From contig NC_068987.1 of the NCBI RefSeq assembly GCF_001194135.2, positions 29,286,676 through 29,336,147 on the forward strand: a DNA stretch of 49,472 nt, written 5' to 3'. Numbering within the stretch: position 1 is the first letter of the stretch; each line of letters starts with the position of its first letter. The notes beneath the pieces were generated by a model. That model saw nothing but the letters and a program-made list of their open reading frames with translations, was not told the DNA's origin and made no database searches. Position numbers and translations under genes: made by a program. Positions 25,800 to 38,451 of this stretch are shown in pieces. The stretch is from Octopus bimaculoides. Lineage: Eukaryota.

Positions 25800-28260
25800 C
25801 AACATCCCCAAATACAATATTTGTTTCAACACACGAATTCACATCAAGAATCTTGTAAAACGAATATATAAACGTGTATATATATATAATACGTCCTAGC
25901 AAATCAGGCATAGGCAGACTTAGTAAATTAGCATTAGCTAAATTAAATAGGTTAGGTAATCTTAACCTAAAAATAGATGTAAATTCCTTCAAACTAATAT
26001 AGAGAATTATTATTCATTTATCAATGAAGTGGCTTTAAATAAGGCCCTATCATATTCCATGAGAAAGGTAGATATGTCATTTGCAGAAGTCAAAGTTGTG
26101 TTGACCGCGAGGAAGTCTATTATAAAATATAAAGATAAACTATGGGCAAGAAAAGACACAAGTGATTGTCTTGATATACCCTTGGGTGCCCCTGATTCTG
26201 CCCAAGTTATATTTTTTAGGATTATATCTTTTATCTGAACTAGAGATAGAATTTACGAATATAGAGGGTGGTCTTTATAGGGACGACTTACTACTTATAA
26301 CCAGGAACTATACTAATAGGTCGTTACAATGCATAAGAAGAAAATGTACAAGTTCTTTAAGAATTATGGCTTAGGGATGCCTATATAGAATGAACACTAT
26401 GCAGTAAATTATCTAGACCTCAAACTTAATCTTGTCACTGATAAGATCCATACATTCCATAAGTTGAATGGAAATTTAATGTATATTAGTTCTTTTTAAG
26501 TCAACATCCTAGATCAATTAATGAAGCTTTTATAGATAATATAGGGAAAAGAATGTCTATGCTATCCTCAGATTATGACACTTTTAATAAAAATGCCCCA
26601 TATTATAATAAGGCATTAAAAGAAGCAGGATATAACTCTAATATAGAATTATTTTATTATTACGAACACCTTAATAATATAACAGGTAATCCTAATGATA
26701 ATACTAACAACAAAAATATGAATAATAATAAAAGACAATATACGAAACTAAATAAAAATAAAAACAATATAGTTATTATTAATGATGACAATGATAATAT
26801 TAATATTGATAATGACAATATGATCAATAGTAAGAAACATACTAAAATAAAAAAGCGGAGATATAACACACCTAAGTATAACACTTTAATACCGATGATG
26901 TCTAATAATGATAATATAAAAATATGAAAAATAGGAAGGATACTATGTGGTTAATTATTCCGTATAGGGCTCAAGTGATGCCTAATATTATTATGGAGAC
27001 ACTTAAAATTATAAAAATATCTCTTAATAAGGACAACATATATTCAAATATATTTTCCAATAAAACCATAAGAGTGAGCTAATCAACATTCGAGGAATGT
27101 AGGTAATATCAGTTCCTCTATAAATAATAAGAAATTAAATAATTATTATAATTGCACAATAAATAATAGCTCCAACCGTAATATAACTGATGGTGATGGG
27201 AGTTTTAATCAACAGATAGAAATATGTTCATGTCATGATAAGACTAAAAGTAAGCTCTCTAATAATTGTAATATTGATAATGTAATTTATAAATGTATAG
27301 TAAGCTCTAAGAACAACGATAAAAAAGTATAAATAAGATTTATAAAGGATCTATAGCAAATGAAATTTTAAAAAGAATCTCCGAACACTACCAGATTTTC
27401 AAAAATCCTAATTTAAGTAAGTCCACAGGTTTAAGTAAGTATATATGGGAATTAAAATCTAGAAAAAGAGACTACACCCTTAGTTGGAGTAAAATAGTTA
27501 GAGCCCACTCTTATAATGTTGGCAATGAAATGTGTTTATTATGTATAACAGAATTTATAAAACTGATGAAGTCTAGAGATAAATTACTGAATGTGGTGTT
27601 AAATGTAGAAACAAATATAATTTTACTTTCAATAAAATGAAATACTGAACACCCCCCCCCACCTTGAAGCTAATAACCACACACTTTTGATTTCTACAGT
27701 ACTTCAATAGATTATATAAATAACAGAATAAATAAACTAGTCACATATTACTAAAAATTATATTATAATATATATATATCCCTCAGCAGCATTAGTTTGA
27801 AGATAATAATAGAAGATATATTAAATTAAACTATGCAGAGTAGAATTACCCACTTGGTGCTAATCACCTATAAATTCCCATAGTGCACTGCTATCTTCAC
27901 TTCCTCTTATTGCCATCTTGGTTCCATAAAAAGGAGGATATGTATCTCCATTTTTTATGTTTTTTTTTTTCACATTTAATCACAGACATTTTTATTCTAA
28001 TGTATATTTTATATCTTATATTTTGCATTTGACAGTATATACTTGACTTTATAAGTTTAATATATGTATACTAATTCATATTCATAATGTATAATTTATA
28101 ATTTATAATTCTTAATTCTTAACTTTATAAAGTATCATTTTAAATTTTTAATTTAATGTTTAACTTAACGCGTAATTTTAAAGTGATGTAAAATTACATT
28201 AACAATATTTAAAAAAGAACCTGACGATGCGTTGGTAGAATTGTAAATCTGATGATTGCA
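25800..28260 (+). mobile_element. Penelope-like element 2 (RT + Asn-rich linker + GIY-YIG + 3' region), decayed
   Basis: IIRPSKSGIGRLSK, LDIPLGAPDSAQ, GGLYRDDLL, VNYLDLKLNL, YNKALKEAGY, MWLIIPY, NVIYKC, TGLSKYIWELK and CLLCITE; several stops and frameshifts; coding homology ends near 27650. Confidence 0.9.
28221..28260 (+). ncRNA. Degenerate hammerhead-ribozyme-like cores (x2) at the PLE end
   Basis: CTGACGA-TGC-GTTG-GTA-GAA(T) at 28221-28241, and a second CTGATGA at 28249-28255 running into (TA)n and the gap. Confidence 0.35.
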
Positions 28261-28289
28261 TATGTATATATATATATATATATATATAT

Positions 28290-28764
28290 NNNNNNNNNNN
28301 NNNNNNNNNNNNNNNNNNNNNNNNNNNNNNNNNNNNNNNNNNNNNNNNNNNNNNNNNNNNNNNNNNNNNNNNNNNNNNNNNNNNNNNNNNNNNNNNNNNN
28401 NNNNNNNNNNNNNNNNNNNNNNNNNNNNNNNNNNNNNNNNNNNNNNNNNNNNNNNNNNNNNNNNNNNNNNNNNNNNNNNNNNNNNNNNNNNNNNNNNNNN
28501 NNNNNNNNNNNNNNNNNNNNNNNNNNNNNNNNNNNNNNNNNNNNNNNNNNNNNNNNNNNNNNNNNNNNNNNNNNNNNNNNNNNNNNNNNNNNNNNNNNNN
28601 NNNNNNNNNNNNNNNNNNNNNNNNNNNNNNNNNNNNNNNNNNNNNNNNNNNNNNNNNNNNNNNNNNNNNNNNNNNNNNNNNNNNNNNNNNNNNNNNNNNN
28701 NNNNNNNNNNNNNNNNNNNNNNNNNNNNNNNNNNNNNNNNNNNNNNNNNNNNNNNNNNNNNNNN
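28290..28764. other. Assembly gap (N)
   Basis: N run. Confidence 1.
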
Positions 28765-28818
28765 ACAACCTCACGATCGTAAGCTCGACGATCTAGCCAC
28801 TGAGCCATGCACTTTCAC
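28765..28818 (-). mobile_element. tRNA-like SINE head (family C), cut by the gap
   Basis: The minus strand reads GTGCATGGCTCAGTGGCTAGATCGTCGAGCTTACGATCGTGAGG (A box TGGCTCAGTGG). Confidence 0.75.
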
Positions 28819-29156
28819 ATATATATATGTATGTATGTATGTATGTATTTATGTATGTATGCATGTATGCATGTATGTATGTATGTATACGTATTATAAT
28901 CTTCCAATACTGAAACACGTGTAGTTCCTGCATAATTGATAATTTTAATTTTAACTTACGTAGGAGATCATTAAGGAAGTATATTTTACACCCTGCTGGT
29001 ATACTGATTATATGCTTTAAAGTATTATTTCATGATGTGCAAATAGATACCACGAGTTTACTTTCAGATATACCCATTAGGTTATTTTTTATTTTTATGT
29101 ATTATCTGTAATAGAATACCCACACATCGAGTGTGTATGATATATATAAATATATA

Positions 29157-29233
<77 letters not shown>

Positions 29234-29575
29234 ATGCATGAATTTTTATATATATGATATACACACAGAGGCACTCAATAGTTTCAGTGTGAATATCGTA
29301 TTATATCTTGTCTGTAAAGTTTCCTGGTGAAACAATACTACGAGACGTAAGTGAATTATTTTGAATAAGAGAATACTGACACAGTCTCAACGGTAATTCC
29401 AAATGGAATAACACCAATGCACCATAGCTAAGTTGAGCCTAATATTACCTCCACTTAATTATGTTTATACACAAACACAGTTGTGCGTATGCATGTGCAT
29501 ACGTGTGTGCATAAACAGATATCTGCATGTAGCTATATACGTGTGTACAAGGACGCACTCATATGACACACACAC

Positions 29576-29615
<40 letters not shown>

Positions 29616-30311
29616 ACACACACACACACACACACACAAAGATAAACAAAGAAGTAACTGACAAAAGCAAAGAAACCATCTCAGGCGTGTATAGACATAT
29701 CTATTTGGCAGTAACTAAATTCCAGTAGTTATCTTTGAGAAATGTGCAGTTGGTACTAAGTGTCAGAAAGTGACTATTATTGTGGGTTCTCGAAAATATA
29801 CACCAAAAATTGGATGTAACATTACTTGTGTATTCTTAAAGGGTTCTTCCATTTTGTTATTACCTTTAGTTTTGACAATCGATTTCGGATGTAATCACTT
29901 ACCAGATATATACAGCTCCATTATATTCATGTTTATGTGCATACATGCATACATATACATACTTAGATATATACATATATACGTACATGCATACACATGC
30001 ATACATTCATACATACATACATACATACGTTTGACTTCTCAATACGTGTATTGTATATATACGCTTTAAATTTTGGGAATGGGACGAAATATAAGCAAAC
30101 GACGGAGGAGTGTACTTTTATGGTTTATCGGCACAGCCCTGACGAAATGAAACCATATTGATTTCAACACCCGACCCGATTTTTTGGTTTCTGTGAGTGT
30201 TTGTGCATACGCATGTCTGTTTACGCGAGTGTGTGTGCGCACATATATATTTGTCTATCGATCAATCTATCTATCTCTGTATAAGTGTGTGTGTATGTGT
30301 ATTTATATATT

Positions 30312-31008
30312 TATTGTTCAACCCATAAATAATGAGATTTTTTTAATATTTTTATTTTTCAAAATTAAGCCCTTTTGAAATATAAAATATACTCTCCTTT
30401 ATTTTCTACAATGCTTTTCCATTTATCTGGTTGACTTGCAAGGACTCTCTTTCAAGAATCACTTGCCTATGACGAAAAATATTCTTCCAGTACTGTTCTG
30501 ACCTCGTCTATAGAATTCATATACTTTCTGTGCAAATGATTTTTGGAGACTGCGGAATACATGATAATCAGATGGGTCAATGTCTGGTGAATATGGTGGG
30601 TGGGGCATCATTTTCCATTCAAACAACTCCAGCCGCTGAATGTCATCCGCGTTGTATGTTGCCGAGCATTAACCGGATGCTCTCATCTTGAAACTAATGA
30701 TGGTCGCTTTTCTTCCAGCGCTGGGGTCGATGAATTGTTGAATGACCAAATCCAAGCTTCTCTACTAGTTCCTTGACAGTTACGACGAGTTTCTGTTCCA
30801 CCAGAGTTTACAGAACGTCCTCGTCGAGCTCTACAGATCTTCTAGGGTGAGGCTCGTCTTCTAGGCTGTAGTTTCCGGCTCGGAATTTCTGGAACCACCG
30901 TTGACACTGGCTTACGCTTATTGTTCGATCCCCATATAGTGCATTAATATTCTTCACACTTTCTGTTGTGCTGTTGCCTTTATTGAACTCAGAATCTATC
31001 AAAACCAT
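30312..31008 (-). mobile_element. Mariner relic, internally deleted, one TIR visible
   Basis: N-terminal EFNKGNSTTESVKNINALYGDRTISVSQCQRWFQKFRAGNYSLEDEPHP and C-terminal PHPPYSPDIDPSDYHVFRSL; most of the catalytic core is missing. Confidence 0.9.
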
Positions 31009-31293
31009 CCAGCAATGGAGTAGTCAGTACAGATGAGCGTGTAATTTGCAAGGAAAACTAGACTGGTACAGTGATTTTGCTCGCTGTTTAGTGGTTATCT
31101 TCCGTCAGCATCTGCAAATATGCTTTTTTGCAGCTCTAAGTGTTTTAACTCTTATTCCTAGCAAATATAAGTGCCACCCTACAACCTCACTCACAATTAG
31201 TGACATTTGAACTTTTAGTTTTTGTTTTTATGTTGCGTATAGCTGCCTTCGTTACTTTATATATATATATATATATATATATANNNNNNNNNN

Positions 31294-31324
<31 letters not shown>

Positions 31325-31816
31325 TAACAATTATCATTACCGCCGTTTCTAACAAATTTTTCATTGATAAATGAGTACATTTATATCATTATAAAAAAAC
31401 GTTTTCTTTAGATGAATACATGGATCTTACAATCGAAGACATTTAAAATAATTTTTAAATGATATTAAATGATTCCTCAACTAGCTAAGTCGCAAAATAG
31501 CACCTGTCGTTCAGTTGTTACGTATGTGTTTTTAATTCACCCCAAAACATGTCCCTCGCGTGTTCTAAATTAAATAATGGACTGTATATTTAATAAAATG
31601 TACGTATCTGATTAGCTCAAGAGTGAACTATATACTCAGTTGAGTTAAATTGACTGCATACATTAGCCCGGATATCATTCCGCCATTACTTCTGTACCAA
31701 CGTTGATATTCAGGTAAAAAATTGTGTATGCATGTTATTCTGACCTAACTGGGTGCCTTAGATTTAAGTACCTTATTCAACTGAATCTTGTTTATATTAT
31801 TTACACACACACACAC

Positions 31817-31867
<51 letters not shown>

Positions 31868-32823
31868 CACACACACACATTCTTGTAAATTTATATTTAC
31901 ACGCTCAAGCACACTCGGGCATAGGAAGATTTTTCACTGCGAAAATATTCCTCCCAAGCGACATTTGTGATGAAAAAATATTCTAAATCGTAGGCCGCTT
32001 GAATTTCTGTGATGTTGCGCATCGTCAGCTACTAACACCAAATCTATGTCTATATACATAAATATATGTCCTGTGTGTCAAAAATTAACGATGATAATAA
32101 CAACACGGAAAGCAGAATGAACACTAAACCCACAAATATATACTTACGATCATTTCAAAAATTATATTTTATACACCAAATGTTTTCTGGAAGCCAATAG
32201 TTAACGCTGTAACGTTGAATCTAGTTATTGACCCAGTTTTCGAGGAAAGTCGACACATGATTGATAAACTCGACGTAAATCCATGGTAAAAATGAAATGG
32301 AATTTTGTACGTAGTCGTTAGACTCGCAAGATATAGCAAGCAAATTACTTTCAATTTTAGACTACCTTCATAAATCAATACTTATTTCCAGGCTAGAACC
32401 TTCAGATAACCCCCTTAATAAAACATTTCTCCTTAACTGAAACAACTGCGTTTAGCATTACCCTACGAATTCTCAAACCGTTTTAATTTCAGTTTGCTAA
32501 ATTCCTACAGACCATTTCTCTAACTTAAATGGACAAAAGAAATCAACTACATATTTAACATTCTTTAATTAGATAGTTATATATTAGACAAGACATTATG
32601 TGTTTCTCACTAAACTTCATTTAAATTATGTGAAATACGAGGTATATGTTTGAGTGTATTTTCTATTTAGTATGCATAAAATATTTGTGGGAAGGTGATT
32701 CTTGACATATACGTTTACAGATTACTATCAGTGATCTATATTCATGTAAATTATATATATATATATATTCATGTATATGATGTATGTGTATGTATATATA
32801 TATATGTATATATACATATATGC

Positions 32824-32886
<63 letters not shown>

Positions 32887-34269
32887 TGTATATATGTTAG
32901 TGTGGTCGTGGCCACTTGTCGTAAATGCGTACATTTTTTCGTGACTGTTCAATTAATTAAATTCTTGATACCTCTGAGAATTCATCGATTTAAACTTGGC
33001 TCTAGATTAATTCTTCTTTTACTGTCTTTCTATTTTTATTCCTGTGTTCATTCGACAAGTTATTTAACGCATCACACTATAATTACTGTTGTGTGAATAT
33101 ACAGTGATTACGTATAAATCATTAGAAACATCTAATGTTATGTCCGAAGGCAGCTACTTCACTCACATGCTTGCCATTAAAGAGTCGGCTGATTATACAG
33201 AAATTAAAACTGTGTCTTTTGGCAGGGATACACAAAAGATTGAAATATACGATTTAACAGGTGTCTGAATGTTTGACGTCTTGTATTCTGTTCGTCGTCA
33301 GGCTACTTAGAACCTTACTGCAGTAAATAGGTTTCATCGACTTCAAAGAAATAACAGCCAAATATCCCTTACATTATCTGTTGAATGAAATAATCATACA
33401 AATACTGTCTGAAAATTAAGCAAGAAATATTCATACTTGGAATGGTTTTGAGCATAGGTCTGTAAGATCAAAGCTCACACGAGACTAAGCAACAATAAAC
33501 TCAACATGTCAGTATACTATGGGAATCCCACTATGGTTGAGGATAGATATATGGATACACTTGTAGCACGTCATGTTCATCATGTAGAACGTGACGTCCT
33601 ACATAGTTTTACAAATGGACCTGATATAGCCTCCCAAAGGCAGCTATTTCTTTGTTGTCTCTTATCAAGATAAAATTAATCATAATCTTCAACATTTTAT
33701 GAGATTATATGTTGCTATTTTTATTTATGTCTAAAGTAAGTTAGTTTACTGGTACCCTGAGATATTGTAAATTACCATATCTCAGAGATATCTAAACTGC
33801 AATAAACTATTCTTTACTTTAAAGTAACTTACCTAAATTCAAATTACAACTACGTAGAGTAAGAAAACTTTGGTGAGTCAACCCTGAATTTAACACTTGA
33901 CCGCAATCGTGGTTTCTCAGTTCTCACCAATTTTCCTTCCATATCTCAAACCGCTCAAACTGTATTACTAGAACCCTAACCCAAGTGAAAAGCATAAAAT
34001 TACTGACAAACTTTCTTCCAGCCTTTGGCCTACAGGTGTGCCAATTCGTCTTTCTGTCAATTTTACACTATTATATTGGCATCTGCTCCTCGGATATGAT
34101 TTGGATCATACTACCTCCACTCAAGCAAACACGTCCTATTCGACCCTCTCTCTCCTCTCACGCTTTTTGTGTCCAATACTCAGGCCCTACACTAATCAAT
34201 ATACCTAATCGTTAATTATCAATACGTTGCCTTCTGAGGATTCTTGTCCTGTTCATATCTTACCCGCAG

Positions 34270-34374
34270 GCATTGAAATGCAAAGGATTAAAAGGAACAT
34301 TAATGGTATCAGTTTCACCGGTCTAGGAGGGGTTGGGAAAGCAATATACACACTCCCTTCTCCATCTATAGAGC
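34270..34374 (+). CDS. Candidate 105-nt internal exon, product unknown
   Basis: Acceptor TGTTCATATCTTACCCGCAG, open phase-1 frame IEMQRIKRNINGISFTGLGGVGKAIYTLPSPSIE, weak donor AGC|GTATGG. Confidence 0.2.
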
Positions 34375-34919
34375 GTATGGTTCTACTGTTTATATAACTT
34401 TACTATGGTGGCCAAATGCAAGGAGGAAGCACATAAATAAAGAATTTATCAGAAAGTTGAATTCTGAATTACAATTTCCAATGAATATAGACAGGTGTTA
34501 ATAGCTATCTCCATTAAGGTATGTCAACCTTCACAATGACAATGAAATCGGATGATGTATCTACAGATTTATCTGTACAGTAATACTTTTACTGTTGGTA
34601 TGAATCTGAAATTAAATTAGATCTTCTTATTAAATACACGCTTCTAAAGTTCAAAGTGAAGATGCCTGCCTCACACGCTAAAATTATAAAGAATACCGAT
34701 AGCTATCGAAGTGTACAAGTGGGAATATTTTATTGATTTCTTTTTTTACACACACAGAGTAAAAAAAAAAAACAGTTCTTCAAATACAAATAAAATTATA
34801 TCTTTGTCATAAATTGTACCGTATAAGTGTCATCCAGGTTAACGATATTGAAGCATAGAATTGTCTTATTAAAATTGAATCACTGATATGTTTTGGGAGT
34901 TTCTCTGCATATAAATGTA

Positions 34920-35840
34920 TACGAGGTGGTATCAAAAAGTTCCAGGACTAGTTGTTTTTTAATAAAAAAAAAAAAGACTTATTCACCTATGTTTTTAACC
35001 CTATCTCCTTTGAGATACCTTGAGCAGCAATACACCAGTTCCAGCGTTCTAGCTACGTCTGGAATCCGGTCTGGAAGTCGTTTTACGTAAGCCAGTGGAG
35101 GACCTTCTGCGATTCGCTCTGGCTCTCGACAGAGATGTTAAAACGCTGATCGTTGAGTTATTTTTTTGGAGAAGAGATGGAAGTCTGCAGGTGCTAAATC
35201 TAGCAAATAGGGTAGGTGCTGAATCGATATCATATTGTTTTTGGCGAAAAATTGACGAGTGGGGAGAACTCGGTAACAGGGTGCATTGTCGACGTGAAGA
35301 ATCCAATTATTCGCGCTACAAAGATCCGGTCGCTTTCGCCAAATGTCCTCTCTCAAACGCTTCAAAACCTCGCAGTAGAATTCTCGATTGACGGTCTGGC
35401 CCTGGAGAATAATTTCTCGATTCGCAGTACCACATTTCTGGGGGTGACGCTTGTGTCAAGTCTTTCAGATCGCTCATCGTTTTTCAGGGACGTCCTTCCA
35501 CTTTTGAACCGCCCATGCTACTCGAAACATTGAGTATTGCTTCATCGCCTTAAGGTTGCCGAAGCACTTTCAGTGTCTCCGTATGGACTTCCCAAGTTTA
35601 ACGCAAAATTTCACATTGAGTCTTTATTCCAACTTCCTGTCCATGACAAAAATACAGAATACAGCATACAAGTGATCACAAAAATACAAATTTCACAACT
35701 TGCAAAATAAACACAGCAATATCACTAGGCCCACTGCATAATAAAAATCACTTCTAGCTCTCATTGCGCACACAACCATGTGGTGTTCTCTGTTGGCACG
35801 CTACAGAACTAATCTGGGAACCTTCTGATACTGCCTAGTA
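34920..35840 (-). mobile_element. Mariner relic with both TIRs, internally deleted
   Basis: Termini TACGAGGTGGTATCAAAAAGTTCC and GGAACCTTCTGATACTGCCTAGTA. Protein pieces: NVKFCVKLGKS, RFKSGRTSL, GQTVNREFYCEVLKRLRE, WILHVDNAP and LLDLAPADFHLF. Confidence 0.92.
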
Positions 35841-36170
35841 TATGTGTCTTCATGTTTATATTATTCTTTAACCATAAACTCTGACCATGCAAACTTATGC
35901 TCTAAAGTCACCTAGCCGAGACAATCCCATCTTTTCAGAGACGGCTTCTCAGTTATGACGTGTATCCGTATGTTATCAACTATAACAGGATGTGATTTAA
36001 TTAAGGAATAATTGTCTGGTTTTGTATCAAGTCAAATTCCCACGTAGATATTCAAAATATATGCATGCGTCTATGTTCAGATTTTGTTTTATCATATAAT
36101 GTTAATAGATGATGTATCAATCCACAACCAACACAAATTGTTTTCATTGAAATTTAAATAACCACTTGTT

Positions 36171-36392
36171 AATATTGGTTAAAAATTTTGCTCAAGGCCA
36201 GCAGGTTTTGGGGTCGGCGATAAGTCGATTAAGTCGACCCCCATTGCTTGAAAAGTACACATTTTATCGATACCGGAAGGATTAAAGGCAAAGTCAACCT
36301 CGGTGCAAATTGAACTCAGAGCATAAAAGACGGACAAAATGCTGCTAGGCATTTTGCCTGATATGCAAACGATTCCACCAGCTCACTGCTTT
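36171..36392 (-). mobile_element. SINE family A
   Basis: The minus strand reads AAAGCAGTGAGCTGGTGGAATCG, then CTGAGTTCAATTTGCACCGAGGTTGAC. Confidence 0.82.
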
Positions 36393-36421
36393 CCCACTTT
36401 TTAATATTTCTACGCATGTGC

Positions 36422-36632
36422 AATGCAGGAGCTGGCAGAACCGTTACCGTGCCGGAGAAGCGACTTAGTGGCATTTTGTCCGTCTTTACGTTCTGAGTTC
36501 AAACTCCGCCGAAGTCGACTTTGAGTTTTATCATTCCGGGATCGATATATTGGATACCAATTGAACACTAATCTCCATGTGATCAACTTCCTCTCTCCAC
36601 GAACTAGCAACCTTTGAGACGAAATTTGAAAG
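36422..36632 (+). mobile_element. SINE family A, head-to-head with the previous copy
   Basis: AGGAGCTGGCAGAACCG, then CTGAGTTCAAACTCCGCCGAAGTCGAC. Confidence 0.82.
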
Positions 36633-37726
36633 CATATGTACACACATGCATCAATACAAGCAAGTGTCAGTACAAATGTCTGTACAAATGTGTTTGTATG
36701 AATATGGGCATGTCTGTATTTGTATGTGTGCTTTTCTTCGACAATTAATTTCACTCGCAAATGGTATTTTGTTTAAGTCAAGTCATTTTAAGAAATTTGT
36801 GGACATTACATCTTTGTCTGCATTTCTCTTGCATCTAACATGGAAGTTGTCAATGTCACTCTTGATGTGAAAGTTTCTTATGATGTTTAATATTTTCTTA
36901 GTTTTGACGTCCAGATTGTAGATCTCTAAAAGCGTTATATACGGTACATGCCTCTTAATGAATACAGGCTACTCTTACTTTCATTGCTTTCGAAGTATGA
37001 TGGTATATTTTCTTTGACCTTCATGATTTACTCAAGCACCAATATGCAATATTTCTATCCATTTCAATATTTTTGTTGCATTCCTCATTCGAACAGGGTA
37101 AATAGACAAGTCATTGTTATCCAGATTCCGTTTCCGGTCAACAGTCTTTCCTAGATTAACAATCAAATATGAAGACTTATTATTCTGACCAAATACTGTT
37201 TCTGTTTCCTGTAAAACTGTTCTGACCAGCTCTGTCTCTTGTGTTCGTAAATAGTAATTGAAAAAGGAGTCAAAACATCGTAAAAGTGTGTAGAGGACAT
37301 TACTTTTCCCTCCTCTGCAGATCCTCCCATATTGGTTCGGAATTTCCGCGAAAGAGCATGGACATGCAACAATCCAGAAAAATTTCCTGGATTTAATTTT
37401 GCTTGTAATAGCTTCACTTTTTATTGATAGTTCTGTGGACCATGTTGTAGTTGGCAGTGTTTATAGAATTAAGTAAAGCAATGGAATCATAGCAAGGTAT
37501 CATGACTCCAGTATCCATGACATGAATGTGGGACAGAATCAGGTACCTTCTTTCACACAAGATATTCTGTCAATAGAGTTTGGTGGATCTGCGCATCCTT
37601 AAACACCTATTTTTTCACTTCTGCGTATTCATCTTGTTACATTAAGGTTGTTACAAATTAGCTTTAAAGAATCATGTTAAGGAACTGTGTACAGTTTAGA
37701 CAATTTCAAGTGTTATGGGCTGTATT

Positions 37727-37765
<39 letters not shown>

Positions 37766-38245
37766 TAGGAGATTTGCAACAAACGTCAAGAGAGTTTAAC
37801 TACTAACATATATTCTAGAAAGAAGAGATGTTTATTTAATCAATAACCCGAATTTCATTTTTACCACAGTGCATCGCGCGGTTACACTGTTTCAGATCAT
37901 CCCCTTTACATAATTTGGAGCACCTACATTATTGAGGATATACAATTTATGTTGTGCAGTTTGTGTTGGATAAGAAATATTTCTTCTTTGAGTATATCTT
38001 GTTGGCATCAGCCGCCGAATTTTTATAGGTTATCATAAAGCCATATCTTATAACTCGTGAATTTGTATATACTTATATATGTCTACCTCGAAGGTTATTG
38101 ACTGGGTTCTTCAAAGTAGTAACTGTCACGGAAAATATATTCTCTAACGTAAATGACCTTGCTTCCCCAAGGAGGCACGTAAACGTCCATTACTGTGTAA
38201 TTCTTCTAGACACTCATGCATCCCTTTACCGAATAGAAATTAATG

Positions 38246-38381
38246 GTATTTTCAAAAGATAACAACCGCTTCTCAAATATGAAGGATACAATCAATTTCC
38301 AACATGGATACTCATATAAAAGTCCATTAGATTTTGTGACAAATGTTGACCGGTTGGAACATAAAAATGAAAACTAACTAA
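38246..38381 (+). repeat. 136-bp unique segment duplicated at 39125-39260
   Basis: 134/136 identical by direct comparison. Confidence 0.95.
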
Positions 38382-38451
38382 AAATGTGAAATACATAATT
38401 TTTCAGCTTATAAATCGTCTTTCTATGATTATGAGGCGCGTTTTCTTTGTA

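Noticed and set aside
28765-28818. tRNA gene (also the A/B boxes at 3641, 5360 and 14340)
   Set aside because: These are SINE heads; no complete cloverleaf can be formed.
35095-35533. Plus-strand ORFs of 98 and 105 aa
   Set aside because: Antisense shadows of the minus-strand mariner transposase.
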